The notes beneath the pieces were generated by a model. The model made no database searches. It saw only the letters and a program-made list of their open reading frames with translations, and was not told where the DNA came from. This document shows, one piece after another, positions 53,454 to 63,277 of a stretch of 64,000 bases of DNA. Numbering within the stretch: the first letter of the stretch is position 1; every line of letters begins with the position of its first letter. A program made the translations under genes and the position numbers. Origin of the DNA: a virus (Duplodnaviria; Heunggongvirae; Uroviricota; Caudoviricetes); the IMG/VR virus record IMGVR_UViG_3300022187_000019; one strand, given 5' to 3'.

Positions 53454-53747
53454 CTATCCCCCGATCTTGAGCGTTTCAGCGAGCGCGGCGCGCTTCTGGG
53501 CAAGGGCATCGGCTTCATCCGTGCAGCGGCGACCATAGCGCCGCATATCGCGTGCGTTGTTTTCCGCTTGCGTGGCCCGCTCGTGGTGTTCCTTGGCGTC
53601 GCGCCGCAGTTGCTCCTCCTGCTCCGCCATGTTGTCCATGGACTGGCGGATCGCGTTCATGGCAACTGAGGTCGCTTCCGGCGTCAGGCCGACGAGGACC
53701 TGCGTCACCGGCGCGGCCGGCCGCTTGCGATTGAAGAAGCCGAACAT
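53454..53747 (-). CDS. hypothetical protein
   Basis: 97 aa. Confidence 0.4.
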   Translation of the reverse strand: MFGFFNRKRPAAPVTQVLVGLTPEATSVAMNAIRQSMDNMAEQEEQLRRDAKEHHERATQAENNARDMRRYGRRCTDEADALAQKRAALAETLKIGG

Positions 53748-54118
53748 CAGGCCGCCGCCTTCTCGTGCTCAGCAAGGACGGCGCGGGAGTCGAGGAGAAT
53801 CTGCATGTCGCGCTCGGCCGACCATGCGGGCACAGCCTCATAGCGCTTGACCCAGCGGCGCAGCAGTTCCCAGACGACGGCACCGGCCGGCGTCTTGTAT
53901 GCGATCAGGTTCTGCATCTGGGCGGCCATGCCACGCATAGCTTCCTCGGCCGCGTCGGCGCGCTTGTTTGCGAGACGCTTGGCCGACCGGAGATTAGCCA
54001 TCCGGGTTTCATATTCCTTCCGCTGGCCGTTCTTCTCGGCCGTCAGCAGACCAACGCGATCGCGCAGGCGGGCAACCAGTTCGAGCAACTGATCGCGGTC
54101 CATATCTTCGGATTTCAT
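53747..54118 (-). CDS. hypothetical coiled-coil protein
   Basis: about 123 aa from MKSEDMDRDQ; RBS AGGAGGA. Confidence 0.45.
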   Translation of the reverse strand: MKSEDMDRDQLLELVARLRDRVGLLTAEKNGQRKEYETRMANLRSAKRLANKRADAAEEAMRGMAAQMQNLIAYKTPAGAVVWELLRRWVKRYEAVPAWSAERDMQILLDSRAVLAEHEKAAA

Positions 54119-54183
54119 GTGTCCTCCTGTTGTTTCGTTGAGACGGACATAACCGCGTGATGTGATTCGATCAACCACTTATT

Positions 54184-55532
54184 CTACGAATCAGACGCCG
54201 CCTGCCGGTGGGCGCGCGCTTCCCGATCCGAATAGGACCGGCGCACATATTTGGCCCGGCGGGCGGCGAGCTTCTGCTCCGGCGTCGGGTTGATGATCTG
54301 CACGCGCTTGGCCTTCTCGATCGCGATCTCCTCCGGTGTCAGGAACCGGCGCTCTGGCGCGTTCGCCCGGCGGCGCGCGAGGTCAGCCATCTCCTCTTCA
54401 TAGAGGCGGTCGCGTTCCTCTTGGGCGCGGGCGGCTTCGATCGCTTCCAGTTCCTCGCGGCGCTCGCGGTTCGCCTTCTCTTCCGGCGTCTCCACCAGCG
54501 CGCGGGCCAGCCGCACCGAGAAGGGCGCGAGGTCGGCATATTCGTTTGCCGCTTCTTTTGCACTGTCGAGTCGGGTGTAGGACTTGTATCCGCGCCCGTC
54601 GCGCACATATGCACAGACCCGCGTGTCGAACAGCGAATAGGGCCGGCCGTCGTGGATGGCGGGCGTCAGGTGAACCTCAACATGATCGACCCGGTAGTGG
54701 GTGATCCCTTCCATCGGCAGCTTGGGTTCCGGCGCTTGCTCGTAAAAGAACTTGGCCTCCCGTTCCGCGTCGATCCACGTCGGATAGATATAGGCCACGC
54801 CGTCTTCATCCGAGGCGGCCGAATAGACGCCCCGGTCATAGTGCGTGATGAGGTAGCTCCCCATCAGGTGCGGAAGGTCGCCGGTCTGGTTGTTCCCGGT
54901 GCGCGCCCGGCGGCCACGAGCAGGAGCCGTGTTCGAGACGCAGCGCCAGACCTGTGCGATCGGGTTGGAAAGCTCCGGCTCGATGCGGAAGCGATCAACC
55001 AGCGCGGTCAAGGACACGGGCGGATGCTCGATCGGCGCGGGCGGCTGGGGTTTCGGCTTGGGTCCGCGCTTCTTCGGTTCGGGCGGTTTGGGCTTCGGTC
55101 CCGGCTTCTGCGGCTTGGGTGCATTCTTGCTGCCCACCGGCCGGCCACGCTTGCGAGGGGGCACAGGGTCTAAGTTCTGGATGCCGGCGGCATTGTTGGC
55201 CTCAACACCTTCATAGCTGGCCAACCATTTGCGGACGGCAGGATCAGCGGCGATCGCGTCCTTGGTCGCCCGGCGCATGAAGCGCACGGCCTTGTCATAC
55301 TCGTTGAAGCCGCGAACGCGCTTGGGACCACCAGCGACCGGGCGCTTGTTGTAGGTGCGCGCGTGAATCCAGAAGCGGATGGGGCCGTCGTGCTCCATCA
55401 CATAGAAGATGCCCGTGGTGATCATCACGCGCTCGTTGGGTAGCGCACCGGAGCGGCTGGTGAAGGGCACATCAGGGACGGCGGCGGGCGTCTGCGAGTC
55501 GGCAGCGTCAGTATGGCTGGTTGGTGTGGTCA
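54184..55532 (-). CDS. hypothetical protein with basic PKPKP-repeat linker
   Basis: about 449 aa if started at MTTPTSH (ATG also at 55551); promoter TTGACA at 55568-55573 (− strand). Confidence 0.55.
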
Positions 55533-55704
55533 TTCTCACATGATGGTGCATCACGCGATAATTGTCAACGATCCAAAATGTTAGAAAAAGTGGTGGAAGG
55601 TGAAAGCGACGGATTTCCAAGGGTTTCAGGGGCCGCCGGGTGTCTTTTTATTTTTTATTGGACATTTTGTCGGGATATTCGGGTGTCATTTTGACGTGAC
55701 GGCC

Positions 55705-55865
55705 ATGATGGCGTGATGATCGTGATGGCGTGATGATCGTGATGCCGAGGAGGCGTGATGGAGGGGATCGAGATGGCGTGATGGGCGTGATGGCGGGGTG
55801 GGTTTTTGCGATTTGGGCGTGATGGAGAGGTAATTAGAGGAGGTGATAAGGGACGAGTGATGGTG
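55705..55865 (+). repeat. array of about 10 GCGTGATGG direct repeats
   Basis: GGCGTGATG recurring every 9-25 bp in the divergent intergenic region. Confidence 0.6.
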
Positions 55866-56019
55866 TAGAAATGGCTGTTTTCTGCGGGTTACAGCGATTT
55901 TACCGGGCTTTTTTGAGCCGCCACCAACTTTTACGTTTCGTTTTTATTCAGCCCAGCCACGAATTAGGTCTGCCCTGATCGCCCCGTTCTGACCGGTGAG
56001 GCCCTATGCGAAGGTTCTT

Positions 56020-56090
56020 GGTTATATACTTTATTATTAAAAATATATAAATATATAATATAGTAGGGAACCTTCCGTAAACGACGGCGG
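56020..56090. other. AT-rich tract (TATATA / AAATATATAA)
   Basis: sharp GC drop in a 62%-GC genome. Confidence 0.5.
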
Positions 56091-56228
56091 ATTACCGTGG
56101 GTTAGCGGTCCAACCAGTTTTATTAGATTTTTCAGTAATTTTTACAAACCTCCCTGACCGCCATTTTCCCTTGACATTGGGTATCTTCTGGCTGACCATA
56201 GGCCCTCAAGCCACGGAGTTCCCTATCA

Positions 56229-56570
56229 ATGCTCACCCACGGGTATCGGCTGGTCTACAACGCGAAGACCGCCCCGACCGACTACATCCCCTCTCTCATC
56301 GCGATCGACGAACATCAACTCGGTCCGAACGCCAAAGACCTCTATTTCGAGAGCGTCGAGCTTCCCAAGCACACGATCACCTCGATCAGCTATTCGCGCT
56401 GGGTCAGCTATGACAGCACACCTTCCCTCACCCGCGATCCGATCGTTGGTATCAAGGCAGGCGCGCTGAGCTACTATGTTCCCTACTCGGAACTGGTCGC
56501 CCTGCTCGACGACGCAGATTGCGACCCGGTCACTGCCGCGATGATCCGCGCGCTGGGTTCCAACACATGA
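56229..56570 (+). CDS. hypothetical protein, first gene of the + strand operon
   Basis: 113 aa; upstream TTGACA promoter (56172) and GGAG RBS. Confidence 0.5.
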   Translation: MLTHGYRLVYNAKTAPTDYIPSLIAIDEHQLGPNAKDLYFESVELPKHTITSISYSRWVSYDSTPSLTRDPIVGIKAGALSYYVPYSELVALLDDADCDPVTAAMIRALGSNT

Positions 56571-56905
56571 GCCGGGAGCTACCCTTCGCCGAATTGGTGG
56601 AGGCGGCTGCGCTGGCTGGCGTCCCTCAGATCATGGCTGCGACCAAGCGCCGCAAGGTGGTGGTCGATTATTTCCCCGCCCGCAGCGCGATCTCCTATCC
56701 CCGCGAGCCTGACGACGAGGACGGGATCGACCCCTTCCCAATCCGACCGGTCACGCTGACCTTCACGTTGGAAGACGCGATGCTCGGCGGCACGGTGTTC
56801 GCATCACTCGTCTGCGGTCATCGCGTCATCATTCACCCCTTCCCATGGGAAGGCTTCCACCAACTCGCGGACATCAAGCTGGAGGACTATCTTGTTTACC
56901 GCTGA
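56567..56905 (+). CDS. hypothetical protein
   Basis: ATGA overlap; about 112 aa. Confidence 0.45.
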   Translation: MSRELPFAELVEAAALAGVPQIMAATKRRKVVVDYFPARSAISYPREPDDEDGIDPFPIRPVTLTFTLEDAMLGGTVFASLVCGHRVIIHPFPWEGFHQLADIKLEDYLVYR

Positions 56906-57227
56906 GCTACCGCCGACCAGCCGCGAAGCACTGGCGGCAATCTTCTGGCAGCATCTGGGTTTCAGTCGCTACCATCGCGGCTTCGGTCCGACGATGCGGC
57001 TGTCGTGGGTGCCTCCCATGAAGCTGATCCCACCACCGGCCGAATATGACGATCTGCACGCACTGACCCCACAGCACGAAATCCGCTTCTCGGTCGAGGT
57101 CTTCACCTACGGGAACGAGGAGTGGGTCGCCGTCGGCTCGAACGGGATGCTTGTCGTTGCGCCGTTTCTCTACCCGGAGGAAGGTGAGCCATGGCCGACC
57201 ACCCCGGAGGAGTGCCGCCGTGTTTAG
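56892..57227 (+). CDS. hypothetical protein
   Basis: 111 aa. Confidence 0.45.
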   Translation: MFTAELPPTSREALAAIFWQHLGFSRYHRGFGPTMRLSWVPPMKLIPPPAEYDDLHALTPQHEIRFSVEVFTYGNEEWVAVGSNGMLVVAPFLYPEEGEPWPTTPEECRRV

Positions 57228-57579
57228 CTTCCCGGTCACCGTCCCGATCCGGCGGCCCGACTCGATCGAAACACTGACAGTCTCGATTGACATTGACAAA
57301 ATCGCTGTTGTCAAGTCATTGCTTGACAAAGTGGAGGAAAGTGGTGTAGAGTCCGACTTCTGCTCCCTTCTACCTGCAACCGAAATCCTTCTGGACGATG
57401 GCAGGAAGCTCCCGGTGGTCGAACCGGTGGAAGAAATCCTCCGCTACCTCGACGCCTACCGAGAACTTGATCTCTTCTTCACCGGCGGCCCGCCGGTGCT
57501 GGAGACCAGAGAGGGGAATGTCATCCCTCTGTTCAAAGTCTCCCCATGCGCTTCATCGGTGGGATCGACCCCGGCCTGA
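57222..57579 (+). CDS. hypothetical protein (GTG start)
   Basis: overlaps neighbouring genes. Confidence 0.35.
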
Positions 57580-58094
57580 CCGGGGCACTCGCGGTCCTCG
57601 ATCTCCAAGATTTCCAGCTTCACCTCTGGGACACCCCCACTCTGATCGTCAAGGTCGGGGACAAAGAACGCAAGCGCTGCGACGTGGATGGCTACGTCGC
57701 GGCGTTTTCGCATTTCCCGCTCGACTACTGCACGATCGAAAACGTGCAATCGACGCCGAACGATGGTCATGTCGGCGCGTTCACCTTCGGTAAGGTTACT
57801 GGCATCGCCCTCGGCATCGCCGCCGGCCTCGACATCCCCATGGCTTCGGTCGCCCCGGCCAAGTGGAAGATGCACATGCAGTGCCCGGCCGACAAGGAGC
57901 AGACCAAGCACCGCGCTTCGCTCCTCTTCCCGAATTGCACCGCCGGCTGGTCCCGCAAGATGGATCATGGCCGGGCCGAGTCCGCTCTGATCGCCCTCTA
58001 TTCCGCGATCCTGTTGGGCCACCAGCCCACCCAACCCTTCCACCTCGGTCTCATCAACGGGACCCTCCCCAAGAGAAAAGGGGCACCCAAGTAA
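57546..58094 (+). CDS. ruvC: RuvC-like Holliday-junction resolvase
   Basis: 182 aa; MRFIGGIDPGLTGALAVLD. Confidence 0.75.
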   Translation: MRFIGGIDPGLTGALAVLDLQDFQLHLWDTPTLIVKVGDKERKRCDVDGYVAAFSHFPLDYCTIENVQSTPNDGHVGAFTFGKVTGIALGIAAGLDIPMASVAPAKWKMHMQCPADKEQTKHRASLLFPNCTAGWSRKMDHGRAESALIALYSAILLGHQPTQPFHLGLINGTLPKRKGAPK

Positions 58095-58633
58095 TGGCCC
58101 AAACCTACCTGAACAAGAAGCAGGAGCTTTTCGCCAAGTTCCTCGCCGAAGGCTGCACGCAGCTAGATGCCTACACCAACGCTGGATACGAGCCATCAAG
58201 CTCGAACGCCAGCACCCTCGCCAGCCAGCCGCTCGTGAAACAACGGGTGGAAGAATTGCGTGCGGAGATCGAGCGCAAAAGCGTGGAGTTCGACATTCTC
58301 CGAAAGCAAGCCGCAGGCAGTCCCGAAAGCGCTGTCGAAGTGGCTGCTTGGACCTTCCAACGTGTCATGGACATGATGGCTTCCAATGTGAAGTTCGCTC
58401 AGGCGGCCGGCGAATACAAGGCCGCCAATGAATGCCTCAAGATGATGGGCGATGCCCTCAAAATGTTCGAGAAAGCACAAGCAGATGCAACTAGCGGAAA
58501 GCAAGCGGGACCGCAAAACACGCTTGCACTCATCGGTCAAGTCACTCAAGTCCTTGCAGACGCGAGTGGAGGAAGCAGTCCGCAAGCAGACAACCCTCTC
58601 GCCCCACGACTACCAAGCACTTCGGACGCTTAG
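58094..58633 (+). CDS. terS: terminase small subunit
   Basis: N-terminal HTH-like YLNKKQELFAKFLAEG. Confidence 0.65.
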   Translation: MAQTYLNKKQELFAKFLAEGCTQLDAYTNAGYEPSSSNASTLASQPLVKQRVEELRAEIERKSVEFDILRKQAAGSPESAVEVAAWTFQRVMDMMASNVKFAQAAGEYKAANECLKMMGDALKMFEKAQADATSGKQAGPQNTLALIGQVTQVLADASGGSSPQADNPLAPRLPSTSDA

Positions 58634-60215
58634 TCAGTCCGACGATCTCGACACGCAGCTAACCACGCTCGATAAGACGATCGACTTCGCCGAGGCCGAA
58701 CTGGACGAAGTCTGGATCGAACTGGCGCGCGAGAGCTACCACGATTTCTATGAGTTCATGCAGCGCGAGAATGGTTACACCATGTCGCCGCACCAGAAAC
58801 TCATCGGAGACTTGCTCATGTCCTCCGCTTCCAAGGAGACCATGCGCTTCATGCTGTCCATGCCTCCGGGGCACTGTAAATCGACCCACTCGTCGCACCA
58901 CTTCCCTGCGTGGTGGTTCGGCAAGTTCGGATCGAAGCAGAAGTTCCTGCAAGCCGGGCACAGTCAGGACTTCGTCGCCAAGGAAATCGGTGCAACCGTT
59001 CGCCAGATCATCGCGTCTGAGGATTACCAGCGCGTCTTCCCCGACATCAAGATCAAGCACGACATGCGCGCCATGGACTATTGGGCACTGACCAATGGTA
59101 AGGGCAAATATGTCGGCAAGGGTGTCGGACAGGGTATCTCCGGCTTCCGTGGTCACTACGGTATGGTGGACGATCCCTACAAGAGCCGCAAGGACGCTGA
59201 AAGCCCGACGATCCGCGACACCGCGTTCAAATGGTATTCAGACGACTTCTCCACGCGCCTTCTGCCGGGTTCCCCGCTGGGCATTATTATGACCCGCTGG
59301 CACTCTGACGACCTCTGCGGACGCATCTCAGATCGCGAAGAACGGGAAAAAAGAGAAGAGCAAGAAAAAATAGAAAAAGATTTTGCGGACCAACTCATTG
59401 ATTCTCTTGAGGAAAAAGAGGGAAAACGCAAAAAATACCGCTTTGAAATTATTAATCTCCCCGCCATCGCCGAAGAAGACAACGATATTCTAGGCCGGGC
59501 GTCCGGCGAAGCATTGTGGCCAGAGGTTTACGACCTCGACGCATTGGAAAATCTCAGAAGCGATATGACTTCCGCGTCGTGGAACTCGCTGTATCAGGGC
59601 ACGCCTATGGACGTGAGCGGCGGCGCGGTCGATGCTGAATGGTTCCAGCGCTACACCCATCCGCCGGCCAAGGCCGATCCTGAGAAGGGAACGCAGAACC
59701 AGATTCGTCGCACCGTGGTTTCGGTTGACGCCGCGAACACGGACAAGGAGCGAAGCGACTACACCGTCATCACGGTCTGGATCGAAGACCTCAAACGGAA
59801 CCATTATCTGGTGGACGTGATCCGCAAGCGAATGGAACTGGTCGAACTGTCGTCCGAGATCGCCCGCGTGGTGAAGCGCTACGACGCCGACGCCCTGCTG
59901 GTCGAAGCCAAGGGCAACGGTCTGGCCTATTGCCAGTTGAAGGCGAATGGTGGTGCTCCTACCGCGCTGATCCCAATCGAGGTGGGCACCGCGAGCAAGT
60001 CGTTCCGTTTCGACGAAGTGACGCCGATGTTCGAGGCCGGGCAGGTCTACCTGCCGGAAAGCGCCAAGTGGCTTGCCGATTATGAGAAGGAACTCGTGGC
60101 CTTCCCTAACGGCAAGAATGACGACCAAGTGGACGCCACCTCGCAATATCTGAAATGGGCCAAGCAGAAGGCCCGTCGCGGGACGAAGAAGATGACCGGC
60201 GCTGGCCACCGCTGA
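58452..60215 (+). CDS. terL: terminase large subunit (start uncertain)
   Basis: Walker A SMPPGHCKS, Walker B GMVDDP, nuclease motifs; first in-frame ATG lies 182 nt inside terS. Confidence 0.8.
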   Translation: MPSKCSRKHKQMQLAESKRDRKTRLHSSVKSLKSLQTRVEEAVRKQTTLSPHDYQALRTLSQSDDLDTQLTTLDKTIDFAEAELDEVWIELARESYHDFYEFMQRENGYTMSPHQKLIGDLLMSSASKETMRFMLSMPPGHCKSTHSSHHFPAWWFGKFGSKQKFLQAGHSQDFVAKEIGATVRQIIASEDYQRVFPDIKIKHDMRAMDYWALTNGKGKYVGKGVGQGISGFRGHYGMVDDPYKSRKDAESPTIRDTAFKWYSDDFSTRLLPGSPLGIIMTRWHSDDLCGRISDREEREKREEQEKIEKDFADQLIDSLEEKEGKRKKYRFEIINLPAIAEEDNDILGRASGEALWPEVYDLDALENLRSDMTSASWNSLYQGTPMDVSGGAVDAEWFQRYTHPPAKADPEKGTQNQIRRTVVSVDAANTDKERSDYTVITVWIEDLKRNHYLVDVIRKRMELVELSSEIARVVKRYDADALLVEAKGNGLAYCQLKANGGAPTALIPIEVGTASKSFRFDEVTPMFEAGQVYLPESAKWLADYEKELVAFPNGKNDDQVDATSQYLKWAKQKARRGTKKMTGAGHR

Positions 60216-60234
60216 GCCGGTCATCCAATCAAAA

Positions 60235-60289
60235 ATTATGGATCGAGGCCATTTTGCCTTGCGGTTATTATGGATCGAGGTCATTTTGA
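60235..60289 (+). repeat. 2 copies of ATTATGGATCGAGG(C/T)CATTTTG
   Basis: same 22-mer family as the 61304-61487 array. Confidence 0.6.
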
Positions 60290-60368
60290 TGCTCCCGTTC
60301 GGGAACATTAGCGTAAAAACCGCCCGAATCTGACCGAAATGACCCCGTTCGGGAACATTCGGGCGGTC

Positions 60369-60488
60369 GTTAACCTTAACGAAATCGCTCCCGGCGTTAA
60401 CCTTAACAGAAATGCCGGCCGCGTTAACCTTAACGAAACCTTCCAATCCGTTAACCTTAACAAATCCCCTCCCCGCGTTAACCTTAAC
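60369..60488 (+). repeat. 5 phased copies of GTTAACCTTAAC (27-bp period)
   Basis: copies at 60369, 60396, 60423, 60450 and 60477. Confidence 0.7.
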
Positions 60489-61303
60489 AAAAGGCCCGCC
60501 ATGCTCTCGTCCGCCAGCCTGCATCCGCACCGTCCCGCCGATCAGGGGGACCCCGACGAACGACATCCGGCCGACGGTCCCCACGACACAGACTAGGGGA
60601 CCCTCCCCCTCAGAGCAAGGGCCGGGGACCCCTTTTCTCCAGACCTCTGGGACCCTCCCCGTCAGGACATAGGCCGGGGTGTTGGATTTCGATTTTCCAT
60701 CACTCCTTCCACCCATATCTCCACCATTTCCGGGCAGCACGCCCCCCTCCCACCTCCATCACATCCTCCAGCCGCCTCCACAAATCGCCCTGAGAAGCCT
60801 CGGGAAGCGATCGACGACCCATGTCCGGCGTCCCGGATCGTCCCCTTGAGGCCGCGCCGCGCCGGTAATGTTGCACCGACTAAAGTCACACAATCTGTAG
60901 ATTGGAATATTAGAAGGGAAAATGGCAGTTTTCTGCGGGTTTGAAGGGGCAAAGTCGAAAAAAGATTTTGTGATTTTACAGCCTAATGTTGTAAAAGATG
61001 GTTCGTCAAATCGGACCCCGGCCGGGTCGGCTCCACCACCAATGTCAAGTGAAACTGTCGGTGTAATGTCGAAAAACGGACATTTGGCGACATAAGGCCG
61101 GGAAATTGACCCCTCAGAGGGTAAAATGGCGGATTTGACCCGTTTTCTGGTGCTTCGACCGCCATTCTGGCTTTACAGTGCCCGTCTGGAGGCCCCTCAG
61201 AGCCGTTCTAAGCGCCGTGGAGCCTCAACAGGTCCTCCCGGTGCCTTCTGGGGCCTCCTGACGCCCTGTGGCGCTCCCTGAGCCTCCCACGGGCCTTCCC
61301 ATG

Positions 61304-61487
61304 TCATGGATCGAGGTCATTTTGCTGGGTGATCGCCCGCGACCGCTCCGAAGTCATGGATCGAAGTCATTTTGCAAAATTATGGACCGAGGCCATTTTG
61401 CATCTGCTATTATGGATCGAGGTCATTTTGCGATTCTATGGACCGAGGCCATTTTGCGCCGGGAGTTATGGACGAAGGTCATTTTGC
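61304..61487 (+). repeat. 6 iteron-like copies of (T)ATGGA(T/C)CGAGG(T/C)CATTTTGC
   Basis: copies near 61304, 61353, 61379, 61408, 61435 and 61466. Confidence 0.7.
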
Positions 61488-61567
61488 ATCTGATTTTGAA
61501 AACCGCGCCCGCGATCGTCGCCGCGCGCCCAGCCGATGGTTAACGCGCGCGAAACCGCGCCGGCCGG

Positions 61568-61751
61568 GTAAGGTTAACGAAATCGACCGATCCGTTAAGG
61601 TTAACGACTTAGTTAGTGTTAACGGTTCGTTAAGGTTAACAAAATCCACCACTTCGTTAAGGTTAACGCCGGAGCCGTTAAGGTTAACGCGGCGTTAAGG
61701 TTAACGACTTCCTCCATCTGTTAAGGTTAACGCCCAGCCCCAGCCCGTTAA
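61568..61751 (+). repeat. 7-8 copies of GTTAAGGTTAAC (inverse orientation of the 60369 array) plus GTTAAC half-sites
   Basis: copies at 61568, 61594, 61629, 61656, 61677, 61694 and 61720; half-sites at 61539, 61618 and 61746. Confidence 0.7.
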
Positions 61752-61776
61752 CCATTTGCGCGGTGGAATTAGTGCT

Positions 61777-61838
61777 TGACCGAATCACTCTCCTCCCCTA
61801 GCAAGATGGCGTGCAATGTCGCACAGGAGACAGACGCA
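61777..61838 (+). promoter_or_regulatory. conserved promoter+leader module (+ strand version)
   Basis: AGTGCTTGACCGAATC-...-TAGCAA...CAGGAGACAGACGCA-ATG. Confidence 0.55.
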
Positions 61839-62240
61839 ATGCCCTTCCCTCTCTCGACCCAAGAGCAACTGGCCACATTCCGCGAAGACGCGGACTCTGG
61901 CGTCGCTATGGTTCATGTCGATACCTGCATCGGCTGCTATTTGCAGGATCATCACAATCGCGATGGCGAATGCCTTTTCGGCGTCTATGTCGATGGCAAT
62001 TCGACCGTTGACGACGTTCGGAAAGGACTCATCGACGAGGTGCGCCAGACGGGCGACCGCGTGCCGGACGAGGTGACAGACGAGGCAATCGCCGCCGCTA
62101 TCGACGCGACATTCGATGGCGTCGATCCTGCCCGGATTTTCGATGCTTCGCTGGAGGTGCCGGACGAGGATGCGGACGACGACGGCGCGGAAAGCTGCCA
62201 AGCGTGGTTCGTCCTTACATGGGAGATCGCCGATAATTGA
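61839..62240 (+). CDS. hypothetical acidic protein
   Basis: start at MPFPLST directly after GGAGACAGAC. Confidence 0.5.
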   Translation: MPFPLSTQEQLATFREDADSGVAMVHVDTCIGCYLQDHHNRDGECLFGVYVDGNSTVDDVRKGLIDEVRQTGDRVPDEVTDEAIAAAIDATFDGVDPARIFDASLEVPDEDADDDGAESCQAWFVLTWEIADN

Positions 62241-62283
62241 AGCCATCACGCGCCTAATAGGCGGCATCATCCTTATCATCTTG

Positions 62284-62314
62284 GCGGCTGGACTCTCTTG
62301 AGTCCGGCCGCTTT
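62284..62314 (+). terminator. rho-independent terminator
   Basis: GCGGCTGGACTC-TCTT-GAGTCCGGCCGC followed by TTT. Confidence 0.55.
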
Positions 62315-62335
62315 GGCTTGCCGGTCCTAACCATT

Positions 62336-62446
62336 CGTTAAGGTTAACGCGGCGGTCCAGCCCGTTAACCATTGATCGGTGGAAAAAGTGCTTGACCGAA
62401 TCGGTCCCCTCACCTAGAAACGAATCATCAAATAGGGAGACACGAT
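62336..62446 (+). promoter_or_regulatory. operator GTTAAGGTTAACG...GTTAACCA + promoter TTGACC-17-TAGAAA + leader
   Basis: GACCGAATCGGTC palindrome spanning the -35 element. Confidence 0.55.
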
Positions 62447-62728
62447 TTGTCGGATCATTTTTTCGCACGCAGTCCCATGCCGGGCTTCATCGAAGTGGAC
62501 ATATGGGAAAAGCAAGCGCGCCGCGATGATTGCGGACCGGGCTTCGCCATGATCGCCGTCCCTCACGTCGCTGCGGTCCTGAACGTCTGGAACGACGCTG
62601 ACCGCGAAATCTGGGACCATTGCACGATTATTCTCGCGTCCGGCCTGCGGATCGAAACAACGGCGTGCTTTGAGCAAATCGAAGAGGCCATCATCAACGC
62701 CACGAAGCAAAAGGAGATCGCCGCATGA
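62447..62728 (+). CDS. hypothetical protein (TTG start)
   Basis: 93 aa. Confidence 0.5.
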   Translation: MSDHFFARSPMPGFIEVDIWEKQARRDDCGPGFAMIAVPHVAAVLNVWNDADREIWDHCTIILASGLRIETTACFEQIEEAIINATKQKEIAA

Positions 62729-63138
62729 AGAAAGGCCCGACCGTCTATGTCGCCGTCATCGAGCACGGCAACGGCAATAACGTCTATGTGGCGGAATCGC
62801 CGAAAGTGCTGGAAGAGGAAATTTATGCGTTTGTCGCCGACTGGTGGGAAACCGAATATCCTGACAAGGCGATGCCGGAGGATAAGGCTGACGCCATTGC
62901 GGAATATTTCGAGGATCATCATTCGGAATATCTGACCCGGATCGGCGAAACCTACATTTCCGTCGCCGACGCCCCTCCCCGCCTGTCCGAACAAGCCCGG
63001 CTGGGCCTGATCGAAGAACTGAACGAGAAAGGCGAGGCGGACGGCTGCGCCGACATGACAAGCATGATCCGCCGCGCCTTGCTGGTCGAGACCGAGGAGG
63101 AGGCGGAAGCCCTTCGGGAAGAATACGGCCTGAACTAA
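62725..63138 (+). CDS. hypothetical acidic protein
   Basis: 137 aa, ATGA coupling. Confidence 0.55.
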   Translation: MKKGPTVYVAVIEHGNGNNVYVAESPKVLEEEIYAFVADWWETEYPDKAMPEDKADAIAEYFEDHHSEYLTRIGETYISVADAPPRLSEQARLGLIEELNEKGEADGCADMTSMIRRALLVETEEEAEALREEYGLN

Positions 63139-63143
63139 GGGAG

Positions 63144-63165
63144 GGAGGCGAAAGCCTCCCTTTCC
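63144..63165 (+). terminator. rho-independent terminator
   Basis: GGGAGGC-GAAA-GCCTCCC followed by TTTCC. Confidence 0.55.
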
Positions 63166-63184
63166 TGTCATCCGTTACCATCCG

Positions 63185-63277
63185 TTAAGGTTAACGCCCA
63201 GCCCGGATAATATGGAAAAAGTGCTTGACCGAATCGGCGGAGCATACTAGAAACGAATCACCAACAAGGAGACAGAC
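63185..63277 (+). promoter_or_regulatory. operator GTTAAGGTTAACG + promoter TTGACC-17-TAGAAA + leader
   Basis: CAACAAGGAGACAGAC-ATG. Confidence 0.6.

Noticed and set aside
60369-61751. CRISPR array hypothesis for the phased repeats
   Set aside because: Repeat units are 12 and 22 bp with 13-15 bp gaps, two families in opposite orientations, no cas genes; more consistent with protein-binding iterons.
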